Assembly (NCBI GenBank): GCA_951406725.2
Contig: OX597819.1
Span: forward strand, 62,744,001 to 62,808,000
DNA length: 64,000 nucleotides
Direction: 5' to 3'
From: Octopus vulgaris
Taxonomy: Eukaryota
Of the stretch, positions 50,132 through 64,000 are shown piece by piece. The position numbers and the translations under genes were made by a program. The stretch's first letter is position 1, and every line of letters begins with the position of its first letter. Under the pieces are notes generated by a model. The model made no database searches, was not told the DNA's origin, and saw only the letters and a list, made by a program, of their open reading frames with translations.

Positions 50132-50174
<43 letters not shown>

Positions 50175-51482
50175 CACACGCATTTATGTATACATATATA
50201 CATATATATATGTACATATACATACATATATATAAAGAGGGAGAGAGAGAGAGAGAACGCGAGAAAGAGGACATTACATGTGTGTTTTTACAGGTATTTG
50301 TATACATATATATTCACACACATTTATTGGCATATAAACAATATACATATTTATAGATATATATGTTTGCTTGTGTCTATATATATTTATTTACATATGT
50401 GTACATATATATATATACACACACATCCACACAAAAAAACATAAGATATATATACATTAACGCACACAAACACAAACGCACACACACGTGCGCAGATCTA
50501 TGTACAAACATACATACACGTACAAACCGGATTTCTAAATCAATATCATATTCTTCAGATCATATCCCGATGTCTGTAATTAACACAATTCTACAGAATG
50601 ACTGGCGGTATGGTAGTAGATGCATCTATGACAGGTATTTGTGATACATTGCTCCATTTATCAAATAAATATTTAAGTGATTTAACACGTCAACATTGCC
50701 TAAGAGATCATCGAGGAAGAGAACACCAAGCGATAGATCAGCGTACATGGCCTTAACACGTTAAATATCTTTGGCTGATGTGTCTATTTGATGTTGTACA
50801 GTTTGATACCCGTGGTTAACACGTTAGTAGAGTTTAAGGTATAGAGGTTAGTTTTATTTAGAACAAAAATTATCAAACGCATCTAAAACAGGAGTTTGCG
50901 GGGTGAGATGTACTATATGCTGATGTACTAAAGTACTAAAGCGCTAAATTTCCTCCAAGTGTGTCATAATGGAGAATAAATATGACCTAACCTATTACAA
51001 ATAGGATATATTGATAACTTCGTATTTTGTACATAAATATTCTATGTAAATTTAAATTATTTAATATACTCTGCCTTTTCATAGGATGTAATACATGATA
51101 TGAAACAGATTGTCCTGGTATTTAGAGCAAGTACGGCTAGCATCCATAATATATATTATTTATTATTAGGCAGCAGTTACAGAATGACTTAATGGCCGGG
51201 TGATTCGCACGTTGACACTTATCAAGTTTGATGAGTGCCAATGCACCAAACTCGACTTTTCAAATTACTCTGAAACTCTTGTCGATTAACAGCCCAACGC
51301 CACCACCTCCACACCACCACACCTACATAACACACACATGTATATGTACATGTACATTTACGCATACATACACACACATATATAAACACATACATCTGTA
51401 TCTATATAGATGCATATAAATATATGTGTATATATCTATCTGTGTGTCTATCTGTTTGTCTTTCGATCTGTCTGTCTTTCTT

Positions 51483-51560
<78 letters not shown>

Positions 51561-51654
51561 CGCACACAAACGCGCGCTCGTGCTCTCACAAGTGTATGCA
51601 TATTCGCTTTCTCGTTTCAATTTAGAATAAGTTTTAAACAATCATTTGCTTAGT

Positions 51655-53340
51655 AGCAAGAACATGAAGGAGACCATCTTGTGTTGTCGATCATTCTTTA
51701 AATCTAAAGACGGTCTTATAGATTTTTCCTGGTTCATATATTGTGATTGTTTCTAGCCCATGAATTAAGGATTTTCATTCTCACCCCAATATTCCAAGTT
51801 CAGCCATATTTTGCTCCAGACGGGTTATGTATTCTGTTGCTCTGATAGTAATAAGTATTAAACAGAAAGTGTATCTTGGGTACTGGATTTGCAAACTCCT
51901 TATCAATGGTCCATACATGTCCTATATTTCTTGTATTCTTCAAACCACATTGGTCTCCACCCAACAACTGATTCCCACATATATCATTTCTTTGTGGTCC
52001 CACACAACAATATCTGGGTGGTTGTATGGCTGTTTTAATTGTTAAATTCCTCCAGTATTCCTTTGATCCATCGCTCTCGGTATAATCAACATCATCTTTA
52101 AGTGGGATTTTTTGCTATCCTGTTTCAGACAGTTCTAGAAGTCGCATCATAAGAAAATAATTTTTGGAAAACATTCTCTCACATTTGGCAATAATGTGGT
52201 TGATGTTGCAGTCTTGATCAATTAAGTATGTATGTATGTATGTATGTATGTATGTATGTATGTATGTATGTATGTATGTATGTATGTATGTATGCATGCA
52301 TGCATGCATGCATGCATGTATGTATGTATGTATGTATGTATGTATGTATGTATGTAGGTAGGTAGGTAGGTAGGTATATATGTATGTATGTGAAGATTTG
52401 TATGTTTTAAGTATGTATTCTCATGCATATAGTTGCATATATAGACATGCTCATATATATTTAAATGATAAACCACTGGAAAGTTGTACATATTTTTTAC
52501 AGTTCCAGTCATGGATTGGATCTGTAGTCTTCGAATTAGCTTTATCCTTTCTAGTTTTGAGAAACCTAATTTCTCAAGTTTGGTATCTATGCAGTGTGTT
52601 ACATATCTGAGGGCCCCAATAATTACAGGTATAAACCTGAACTTGTAATCTGGATAGAGTAGTTGCAGATTTTTCAATACTAAGTGTTTCCTTTTTCACT
52701 GATCTTCAGCTTTATGTTAACATCCGCTGTCCAGCTAATTACCACAAGTGTGCATAGCTTCTCTTCCATATCCCAAATCATTATATCAGGTTCGGTGTGC
52801 TTACATTTTATTGAGTTCTTCACTGGGACATTCCACCAGTATTCCTTTTTATTATGAGTGGCTATGGTTTCTACCATATTTTGGGTTCTTATTTTTTCGT
52901 CCTCGAAATTATCCTTCCGACAGATTTCTTTATAGAGTGTCCTAGATACTACGTCATGTCTCATCGGTAGATAAAACCGTGATGACATTCTCGGACAACT
53001 GCTGGTGATATGGGTGTTGTCTTCAGTGTGAACTCCACAAAGTCTGCTTCGGTTGTTACACTTTACGGTTTTACCTGAATCTCTATACCTTTTGTGCATC
53101 TGGTACTTGATTGATATTTTCTGTTCCTGGATTGCAAATGCATACCCTTCAAAATGGGAGGTAGTAATCTGGCTATTCGTCCATGATAAACTGCTTTGAT
53201 GATCGATGTTACAATCATCACGGAGCTTTCTGGTAACAAATCCATATATAATCTTCTGCTCATATAGGCTCATCCTTTCATTTGATGATACGTTGCGGTA
53301 GAATCCTGCAACTTGTTTGGACATGTATTCTAGGTTATCA
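51655..53340 (-). mobile_element. Two decayed RLE-type LINE 3' segments separated and flanked by (CATA)n
   Basis: SHFEGYAFAIQEQ, RLCGVHTEDNTHITSSCP, MRHDVV, WWNVPVK, EPDIMIWD, LYPDYKFRFIPVIIGAL; a second, more decayed segment at about 51655-52222. Confidence 0.7.
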
Positions 53341-55249
53341 GACGTACGTACGTACGTATGTATATGTGTGTATGTATGTATATATGTATGTATGTATTGA
53401 TTGGTGGATGGATGCATGTATGTATGAATGTATGTATGTATTTATGTTTGTATGCATGTACGTGTGTCGGTATCTATGTATTTTCTTTTGAGTTTTATTT
53501 AAGTTCTGATGAGAGTTCAAGCTGGTCGCTAACAAAGCGGCAATGCTTTTTGAGTTAAGGGGGTTTCAGGTGTTTTTGAATATATGTTGGAATGTTGGTT
53601 GAGTTGTTGCTGGATACACCCAAATATGTGCATCAATTCACATAAAGCATCTCAGATGGAGAATCTTTGAAATATCTTACAGATCTCCATTGTGTCCCAT
53701 TTAGATTTGATTTGGAGAATCTGCGTCAGTTTTTTTTTTGCTCTTACGTCGAAAAACCTAGTATTTCTATGCATGTATGCATGTACGTATTTAAGTATAT
53801 ATATATGTATGCATGTATGACGAGAACAGGAAAGGTGGGAGAACCAGTTAAACTCACGTACAAATTGTACTAAGCACTAAACTTGTTATTTCAAATGTAT
53901 AGAAGTCGTTATGCAGTCATTACCGAGATGAAAGATGTGGTGTAGATCACTTGTTTGATCGTGAGATAACTGTGTTTATGTTCGAGCCTCTTCTACCCCA
54001 CCTTATGATCATTTTTTAAAAAGTATTGTTTCACTTGATTGTCCTTGTAGCATCAGACCTCACCTGATAGTATCGTCGGTTACATTCCAGTTCCATGGCT
54101 GTTTACCAACTAATCAGATTTCAAATATTTATTTGTAGAAAACTGCTAAAGCTCCCTGCGTTTAGAGGATGTTGCTCTTGGGTGTGTACAGTGTATCATG
54201 GACATTCCATTAGTAAAGACGTCAGAATGATAATTCAAGATAATACTAAAAACAGTTACATACGACATGCTAGATATAGCAGCAGGACAGAACTTTCTCC
54301 AATCATTTTAGCATTGAGCTATCAGGAACACTCCCGGAGGGCGATGGAACTGCTAGAGATAGTTCACAAATATCTCTCAAATTACCGCATACTGTCTAAA
54401 AGCCATGTACAAAACCGGGATTGCAACACTTATAATATCTGATTATAATTAAGACTGTTCAGTGATGTAAAGTAAGCCACGGACAGCTATCTTTATATTA
54501 ATTCCCTTTATAGTTGTTGTATAGCCTTTAGCAAACAGTGATCGAATAAAACAATCCTACAAGGCATTTCTGCTACAATCTCCTACCGCTATTTTGTATA
54601 TTCATTAGGAGCACATTAAAGTACGCATCTTCGTTTTTGACAAGGTTTCTGAAATGTATTTTGAAGAGGATTTCACTGCTATTTCTCGACACTCATACAG
54701 GGTCCAAATTCGGATTGATTTTGCTTTATATCTATACGAGATATGGTCTTCAAAACACGAGTTAATAATTGACTGTTGTGTCTGGCGAGAGCCATTTTGT
54801 GTTTGAGCCTTATAATTTAGCACACTCACCGGTAAAATTTTCACTTATTCCTTATTTTTATTTTCCTAAAATTTTCGTTGCGTCTTTCAAACTTTTCAAT
54901 AGTCATGACTATGTCCGTTATTTACACTGCGTTCCTTTTTGTTTGTTTGTGCGCAGTGTGTGGGTCAGTGTATGTGTGTGTGTGTGTATATGTGTGCGTG
55001 CGTGCGTGCGTGAATGCCTATGCATGCATGTATGCATATATGTATGTATGTTATAAGGCACAAAAAGAAAATGACTCTCCCCAGACACAGCAGAATATGC
55101 TTCAGCCCACGAACTCACATAAAGAAACTTGCACACCAAATCTAAAATTTAATAATTAACATTAGTTTTCTTGGTGTTGGTATTTAATATTCATTTCAAA
55201 TGTTTCCACAGGGCCAGTAATTTCAGTGGAGGAGATATGTTGATTACAT

Positions 55250-55971
55250 GGAAAGGATGAAAAGTAAAGTCGGCCTCGGTGGAATTTGAACTCGGAACGT
55301 GAAGAAGGACAAAATACAGCTAAGCATTTCACCCGATTCGGCTAACTCGTCGCCTTGTGTTGTATTTAATTTTAGTATTTAATAAGGCGGCGAGCTGTCA
55401 GAGTTGTTAGCACACCGGGCGAAATGCTTAGCTGTATTTCGTCCGTCTTTACATTATGGGTTTAAGGTCGGCTTTGCGTTTTTGAGGTCGACTTTGTCTT
55501 ATTGAGGTCGACTTTGCTTTATTGAGGTCGACTTTGCTTTCATCCTTTCGGTGTCGATAAAACAAGTAACAGGTGAACAGAGAGACAGATGTAAGCGACT
55601 CAACTCCAAACCAAACTCTGCTGATCGTGTTCCAAATTTTGAAACCATGTAATACTTAATAACAGATCAGTCAGTTGGATGAACGATCAAAGCGTCCCGA
55701 ATATGATCGTCCCATCCCATTTCTATTAAATGTATCCAGGTTACCACGTGATCTGGCGAACTGGTCGAATCGTTAGCGAGTGGGATAAAATGCTTAGTGG
55801 CTTGTATTCCAGCTCTTTACGTTTTGGGTTCAATATCTACCGAGGTTCATATTGCGTTTCATACTCGCAGGATGGATAAAATAAGTACTAATGTAACACT
55901 GGGGTTGATGTAATTGACTTACTCCTATCCCTCTCTTACAATTGCCAACCTTGAACCAAAGTTTGAAACCA
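55250..55971. mobile_element. Cluster of SINE family A copies (55250-55355 minus; 55384-55647 plus; 55754-55971 plus)
   Basis: Family A heads and cores; internal ~20-bp unit GAGGTCGACTTTG repeated about 4 times at 55465-55540. Confidence 0.75.
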
Positions 55972-56202
55972 TACTATGTTAAATTAGACTTCCAAGGAAA
56001 TTCGACTGCTATTTCGTATAGTCTGATCGTCTAGGTGAGTGCTTCCTCTTGTGTTGGACAAACTAATAGATAGATCATTCACCTACAAATTTGCGGTCTC
56101 GTAGTCTTGAACTTCTAAAAAAAATAGTTTATATTATATATTATTCATGGTTTTCATCGAGCGCTGTCAGCAAAAAAAATGATTAACTATAACATAAGCA
56201 TT

Positions 56203-56242
<40 letters not shown>

Positions 56243-56248
56243 GTATAT

Positions 56249-56653
56249 GAGGTGCAGGCGTGGCTGTGTGTTAAAAGGTTTACTTCCCAAACACGTGGTC
56301 TTGGTTTAAGTTTCACTGCTTGTCATTTTGGATTGGGTAGCTGTCTTCTACTATAACCTCCAGTCGATTAAAGCCTTGTAAGTCGACTTCGTTGACAGAA
56401 ACTGAAAGAAGCCAGTCGTACACACCATACACACATATGTATGTGTTTGTGTGTTTGTACCTGTCTGTCTTTGTTTCCCATCATTGATCGACAGCGAATA
56501 TCGATGTGTTTACGTCACCATGATTTAGCGATTCAACAAAAGAACCCGATAGAATAAACACTAGGCTTAAAATACGATTCGTTCAGCTACAATTCTTCAA
56601 GGCGGTGCCCCAGCATGGCCGCTGTCTAATGACTGTTACAAGTAAAAGATAAA

Positions 56654-56660
<7 letters not shown>
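56249..56660 (+). mobile_element. SINE family B
   Basis: GGTGCAGGCGTGGCTGTGTG...GAAACTGAAAGAAGCC...GGCGGTGCCCCAGCATGGCCGC...AAAAGATAAAAGA. Confidence 0.75.
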
Positions 56661-56748
<88 letters not shown>

Positions 56749-57005
56749 GATATATATATATGTATACATATGTGTGTGTATGTATATATAGTAAAAAATA
56801 TTGGGTGTTTACAGCTAAGATCTTGTTTACCAGTGCGTTGTATATGTAGCGTTATTGAAAATTGAACAAATTAACAGCGCAAAAAAAAAAAAAAAATTTG
56901 AAAGAAAGAAATGAAACAGAATAACAAAAAAATCACGCTATAATTGTTTAGTGTCTAGAGAATTTATCTCATCAATTTATTAGAAGTAGTTCATCTGGAG
57001 AAAAC

Positions 57006-57255
<250 letters not shown>

Positions 57256-57551
57256 AAAATGAAGTATAAAAAGAAGAAATTTGAAATTGAAAACGAAAGA
57301 GAGGATGATAAGAGAGAAAAAAAAAATTGCCGAAGTGAAAGACATGCATTATTAACATAGATGCTGGGAAAAAAAACAGAGCGCTGAAGTGGCAGAAACA
57401 CTAGATATGTGTGTAGGAGGATAAATGTTTTGAAAGAACATTGTCGGGTTACTAGGACGATGCCTCCGGTAAATTTGTGGTTGAGAAATCTGCATTTCAT
57501 TCGGAAAATTTGATGTTTGATCTGGGACTTAAATATATATATATATATCCA

Positions 57552-57711
<160 letters not shown>

Positions 57712-58235
57712 ACTTTGAATAAGTGGTCGTTTAAGCCGCCACGGCCGCCATCACGATGAATTCATGACCGCCATTACGGATTCAGGCGTCAACATTCTAC
57801 ACCTTCAAGAACATCTGAAACTTTTAATATCCTTTGCAGCTGGATTGAATAAGACGTTTAAAAAAAAAAGAACACAGAACAAAAACACAATGATTCTACA
57901 GAAGAATTAGTAAAGATAAATCCTATGATTCGAGATTTTTGAAAGACCTTTGTTATTCTTTCATTTTTTAACTTGTTTCAGTCAATGGACTACAGTCATG
58001 TTGGTGGTGGTGGTGGTGGTGGGGCTAGGGCACCGCTTTGAAGGGTTCAGTCGAACAATGCGACTTGTGGTAATTTAAATGTTTTAACCTTAAAATCGGC
58101 TATTCGTTATATCGCCCTATTTTGCTGAACTGTTAAGTTTACGAGGATTTAAATAAGTCAGCACCTTTTGTGGAACGTTTGGAGAGACAATTACAATAAT
58201 AAACACAAACATACATACATACATACATACATACA

Positions 58236-58297
<62 letters not shown>

Positions 58298-58324
58298 CAC
58301 ATCTATCTATCTATCTATCTATCA

Positions 58325-58366
<42 letters not shown>

Positions 58367-58849
58367 AGAGAGACATATGAATATGTATATACCAAACAAC
58401 ACTTACCCACGGTAATGCTCAGTGAGGTTGAACTCGATACCAGTCGGTCGCATAGCCAACTTCTTAATCACACAGACTTGCTAGCCTCTATATAGTCGAA
58501 CACCCTAACGCAAGATTCTATTATCACAAACAGCTGACAATGTAGTTGATTTTACACATGCAAATTCCAAAATATTTTGAAAGCTATTATCTAAGAGCAG
58601 GATCATACCCCGCAAATGCTGCATATCTTCACTTATATCATTTTTTTTATCTCTAAACCACTACTGGCCCTTGACAAAACGCAGCTCAGGCTCATCAGTT
58701 TTAAGATGATTTTTCAGTTTTGGGTTCAAACCTGAATTTAGGCCTTGTTTATTTATGGATAGACGAATATGTATATAAGCTGATTGGTAGACTATTACAA
58801 TTCACTCTTACCTAAATTATCGTTGTTCATCTTGCTTCCAACAAATATA

Positions 58850-58928
<79 letters not shown>

Positions 58929-60143
58929 CAATTGGGACAAGAACGCAAAACATCCAAATAGACGATACAAAAAACACGGACAGGTCATTCGAAGCCTTTA
59001 GTCTTCAGTCAAGAACCGGATCATCCTCGCAATTTCGGCTGATTAATCTTGAGATTGCTCCAATCTGGCCAGCCTCAAGGAAAAACTAAGCTAAGAGCAT
59101 TAGCTTCCTCGGAAAAAGGGTCGAATATCTACGAAACAAGGACAGAAAAAACGGACGATGTAACACGAATATTAAAAAAAAAAAAAATAATACGAATATA
59201 AATACAAAAAAACCCAATAATAATAATAACAACAGGCGTCTTTCGACTGTGGGCGAATTGAATTCAGCTGGCGTATTGAGTCAGATCCAAATATATTCTT
59301 ACCTGAATCTAAAAAATTCACTCGGAAAGTAGGTCTCATTGAAATTTCGATCACATCAAACACGTGTCTACAAGTATTTTATCCTTCTCATATTCATATT
59401 CTGGAGATGGACTCAAATGGTTATGACTCTCTTAGAACCTATGTGCTCTTGTGCATATCTCCTAAGTAATTAGGATTATAACTATTGAAATACACGCGCG
59501 CACACACACATGCTTTAAGATAGCCTGGTTTATAACTGAATGCCTAGTTTACGACAGGATATAAAAAATATTCTAAAGTCAAACTACACATCAGCAGTCT
59601 TTTAACTGCAGTTTGTGCCCTTTTATGAGGACGAAGACTCCTTATTAACCAATCTCCGTTACTCAAAATGTTCAGGGGCAGATAATAGACAAATTATATT
59701 TATTAGTATCGTGTTCATAAAGTTCTGATCAAAAGCAGGCTGAAAAACTAATTACTGATTTTCTTAGTCGTTACGTCTAGCAAAGTGTGACATGAGAGCT
59801 AATTGTCTCTAAATCTTGCAGTTAAAGAAATGTGGTCTCAGACGGTAGATCACTGAGTAAGATATATGTTAAAGGTAGACCAAATATGCAATAAGATTTC
59901 GACTTTCAATAGCATTTTAGTGCCTGAAACTACGAAATTATTGACCCGTGGAATGGAATTTTTCTTTGTGTACACTCCAAAGATTTTGAACCTTTAAGCA
60001 TACAAAAATAACAAAAGTTATAAAATTCATTTCAAATATTGGCACTTTACCCGAAACTTTGGTAAAGGGAAAATCAATTAGATTGATATCGATACTTTTC
60101 TTCTACTTTTATTTTATTGACCACAATATATATATATATATAT

Positions 60144-60248
<105 letters not shown>

Positions 60249-60504
60249 AAGTCAAGTGTGACCTCCGCGGCTTTTGAACTTAGAACCTTAACTGAATGTC
60301 ATAAGGCACTTTGTCAGATGCGTTAACGATCCTGCCAAACTACTATCATCGAAAAATGGCAAACTTACAAAATTGCCTCGAAAGGTAAGCGCCGGCCGAA
60401 GAGGAAGAAAGCTCAAAGTAAAGGATAGTGGTGATGTGGTTGTGATTCTTGAATGAAATATCGGTCTTAAATTTTGGCACAAGGTCATTATTTTCCGGCT
60501 AGGG

Positions 60505-60660
60505 GCTAAGTCGATTACGCTGGCCTTAGTGATCAACTGGTACATTATCGACAATGAAAGGCAAAGTCGACGTTGGCGGAATTTTAACTCAACGTAAGGA
60601 CGGACGAAACTCTGTTAAGCATTTTGCCTATCGTGTTAACGTTTATGGCAATTCATCGTT
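60505..60660 (-). mobile_element. SINE family A (degenerate)
   Basis: ATGAAAGGCAAAGTCGAC..GGCGGAATTT..AACTCAACGTAAGGACGGACGAAA. Confidence 0.65.
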
Positions 60661-60942
60661 TTATTGTTGACTGAAATATTGATATTGGTGCTCTTAGACA
60701 TTTACTGCAGATGAAAATGGCAGTGCAAGTAGTAGTAGTAGTAGTGGTGACAGCAGTGGAAGTTCCATCGCGTTTAATGAGACGTGAAATACACGTGTAA
60801 AGAGGGGAGTATTTCGTAGACACGCATACTCATAACGTATTTATCAGGTCAAATCAGCGTGACTTCATGTGGCATGTGGAGAAAGACTTTAAGTTACTAC
60901 TAAAATCCGCACACACGCGCATATATATATATATGTACTTAC

Positions 60943-61875
60943 GTGTCCTGTACTTACGTATATTTATTTATATATGCATGTATATATACATGTAACTGTA
61001 GGTACGTACATATATGTTTGTATGTATGCATACATTTTTATTTATTACATTATTACATTATTGTCTGACAGCGCCTCGCGTCAGGTTCGTTTCGATTTGT
61101 CGGTTCGTTCCACTTCTTGTCTCCATTTAATTTTTATATAAATATTTAAGACGCGAAATTCTCTCCCTTTGCTGTACCCTCTCCACTCTCTCTCCCTCTC
61201 ACTCTTCCTCTTTTCTCTCTCTTAGCCGCGTGTCCCCCTCCTCCTTCCTTCTTTCTCACTGCCAGCCTAAAAATTTCTTTCTTTTGCACGCTGCCTCTGC
61301 TACTGAAAAGTCATGCTTTCCACACGCTGCCACACAACATCTTTCGTCTAGCCGAAAAAAGGCCCTTTCGTTTGTTTGTTTTTTCTCATTTGTTCTCTTG
61401 TTTGTTTGATTTCCCGTATTGTATTTTCTTTTTGTTTCTCGTCTTGTATTTTTTTGTACATGTATTTTTATCTTGTATTTTATTGTGCAGTTTTATTGTT
61501 ACATCCTGTTTGTGTTCTTATCCGTTTTACCCCGCTGCTTGGAATTTTATTTTATTTCTCTCGTAGGAAAGCCTAGTTGACAATGTGTCCTGTCTTGCCT
61601 TCGAAACACGCCTGAGTTAACGAGTGACAGCTGATGACGGTGGATTTTCCCTGTGTAGCATGTCCTGTACTTGTTTTCTTGTAAAAAGTTTTGTTTTTCC
61701 TGTTTCTACGTCTTGTTGTGGTGTCCTGTACTTACGTATATTTATTTATATATACATGTAGATGTAGGTACGTACATATATGTTTGTATGTATGCATATA
61801 TTTTTATTTATTATATTATTATTATTTATTATTTTATTTTTATTTATTACTTATATTTTTATTTATTACATTATA
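60943..61875 (+). mobile_element. ~0.9-kb non-coding element with terminal direct repeats (partial-tandem, pLTR-like)
   Basis: GTGTCCTGTACTTACGTATATTTATTTATATAT...GTAGGTACGTACATATATGTTTGTATGTATGCATA at about 60943-61060 and 61721-61870. Confidence 0.55.
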
Positions 61876-61950
61876 TATATATATAGGTAAAAAATAGATC
61901 GCTAGCCACTACACATTCTTCATGTTCTCTCCTTGTTTCTTTCTGTGATC

Positions 61951-61986
61951 CTTTCTGTGGAAGAGCGTAGGCTCGAAACGTTAAAG
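61951..61986 (+). ncRNA. Hammerhead-like motif (family H4)
   Basis: CTTT-CTGTGGAA-GAGC-GTAG-GCTC-GAAA-CG-TT-AAAG. Confidence 0.5.
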
Positions 61987-62088
61987 ACTTTTTCACTTCC
62001 CGAGCGTTATACTAATACATCTGTTTGTTGTCTAAACCACCTGTCATCGTCTTTTGTTTATTTGTGTGAATTCTCCCTATACATATAC

Positions 62089-62174
<86 letters not shown>

Positions 62175-62180
62175 ACATAT

Positions 62181-62411
62181 ATTCCTTTACTACCCACAAG
62201 GGGCTAAACACAGAGGGGACAAACAAGGACAGACAGAAGGATTAAGTCGATTACATCGACCCCAGTGCATAACTGGTACCTAATTTATCAACCCCGAAAG
62301 GATGAAAGGCAAAGTCGACCTCGGCAGAATTTGAATTCAGAACGTAACGACAGACGAAATACGGCTACGCATCTCGCCCGGCGTGCTAACGTTTCTGCCA
62401 GCTCGCCGCCT
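62181..62411 (-). mobile_element. SINE family A, full length
   Basis: Nearly identical to 2808-3040. Confidence 0.85.
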
Positions 62412-62412
62412 A

Positions 62413-62450
<38 letters not shown>

Positions 62451-62474
62451 TTATATGTATACGTATATAGATTT

Positions 62475-62666
62475 GCATATGAGGGTACAGGACGTCACAA
62501 AATATAAACAACAAAAAAATACGAAGTACGAGGACATGCGATAAGGACCTTTTTGCAAGCAACGAAGGAAACAAAATGAAGGGTCGTTCTTTTTGTTGCT
62601 TGTCTTGTTTTCCAAAAAGGTCCTTTCTGTTGTTTAGGTTTTGTGACGTCCTGTGCCCACATATGC
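62475..62666. repeat. Tail-out inverted repeat between (TA)n tracts
   Basis: GCATATGAGGGTACAGGACGTCACAAAA...AACAACA vs TGTTGTTT..TTTTGTGACGTCCTGTGCCCACATATGC; inner IR AAGGACCTTTTTG/CAAAAAGGTCCTT. Confidence 0.75.
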
Positions 62667-62706
62667 ATATGCATATATATATATATATATATATAATTTT
62701 TATATA

Positions 62707-62785
<79 letters not shown>

Positions 62786-63168
62786 GAGAGAGAGAGAGAG
62801 AGAGAGAGGGGGACAGACAGACAGACAGACAAAGAAAGGGAGAGACAGTAGAAGAGAAATGCAAAAAGTGATGGTAGTGTGTGTGAGTAGGAAAGTGACA
62901 GAGGAGAGCGAGAGACAGATAGATAGACAGACAGACAGAGAAATATCGGATGAGAGAAATGACTCCCTTGTCTTCTCTTGGTAATTTATCTGTAATGTTA
63001 ATCTCGGCGGGATTCGAACTTAAGACGCTGATCTGAAGCGTCTATTTGCCAGGCATTCTGAATCACTAAACGCTATTGAATTATCACCACCACGAACAGC
63101 AACTCACCACCCCACCGCCACCACCACCACCACCACCACCACCACCACCACCACCAGCAATAGCATCT

Positions 63169-63235
<67 letters not shown>

Positions 63236-63526
63236 ACGTTTGGTGATTATCTTCCATTTCACCGCCGATGCAGCTCGATAAGTCACGAGGTACGCCAAAG
63301 TTATTTCATTTTATCTTCCATCTCTCTAAATATATATATACAAATAGGCACCTTTCACCTCTCATTGCGAAAAAACAAAATTTACCAAATACTTGAAAGT
63401 AACCAATAGTGTTTTATAAATAATTTCACCGTTGCCTAGTAACCTGAGTGACCCGGCTATATGACCTTACTGATGTGATTTCAGTTTTTTTTTATATTGA
63501 CAACAACAGTAATAATAATAACAACA

Positions 63527-63565
<39 letters not shown>

Positions 63566-63568
63566 TTG

Positions 63569-63627
<59 letters not shown>

Positions 63628-64000
63628 CGTTTCTATTATAGTCACAAGGCCTGAAATTCGGGGGAGGAGATGGTCGATTACATGCGTCTGACTAAATAAA
63701 TGTATTGTTCCTAGGTATTCAGAGGATGGTTAGTTGCGAACTACTTGTCCACTACTTGTCCTGATATTCCATTGCACCTCAATACCAACGATAAACTCAT
63801 TTACTTCAAATATTGCGCTGGAATGCACATAGAGAAGTGTTCGGTATGCAACGATGTGATCAACTCTACTGCTACGTACATCTGTTGTGGCCACCACCAG
63901 AACATAGAGGATACTGGAATATACAGGGCAGTAGGTAAAACACAGTGTGCACCACCGCTGCAGTCGGGTTCTATTCATTAAGAGAAGCTGACTCAACGAA

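Overview
AT-rich, microsatellite-saturated eukaryotic non-coding DNA. The repeat content looks like an octopus/coleoid cephalopod genome (inference, not verified). No host protein-coding gene is securely identifiable, and almost all entries in the ORF track are translations of simple repeats. The window is a transposon landscape. (1) A near-perfect 5.5-kb palindrome (37753-43300) is made of two divergent copies of a Penelope-like element (RT + Zn-finger/GIY-YIG) whose arms differ only by five homopolymer indels. It has a canonical U_UUU_UUA -1 slippery site joining an upstream ORF to the RT ORF, a second shared frame break at C_CCA_AAA before the endonuclease, and a minimal hammerhead ribozyme (HHR) in each 3' end. 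(2) At least ten minimal type-I HHR-like motifs from about five sequence families are scattered through the window, often in small tail-out inverted pairs. (3) A composite 'tRNA head - (AAT)n - hammerhead tail' element occurs twice; it is a candidate Penelope-dependent, ribozyme-bearing SINE whose (AAT)n linker acts as a landing pad for R4/Dong-clade LINEs. (4) Two divergent, TSD-flanked, ORF1-only retroelements share 3' GAGG/CCTC hairpins. (5) There are also a decayed Tc1 transposon with TIRs, Tx1/L1 fragments, several tRNA-derived SINE families, a palindromic MITE-like element, and a candidate 99-nt exon paired with a downstream inverted copy. All folds and alignments were done by eye.
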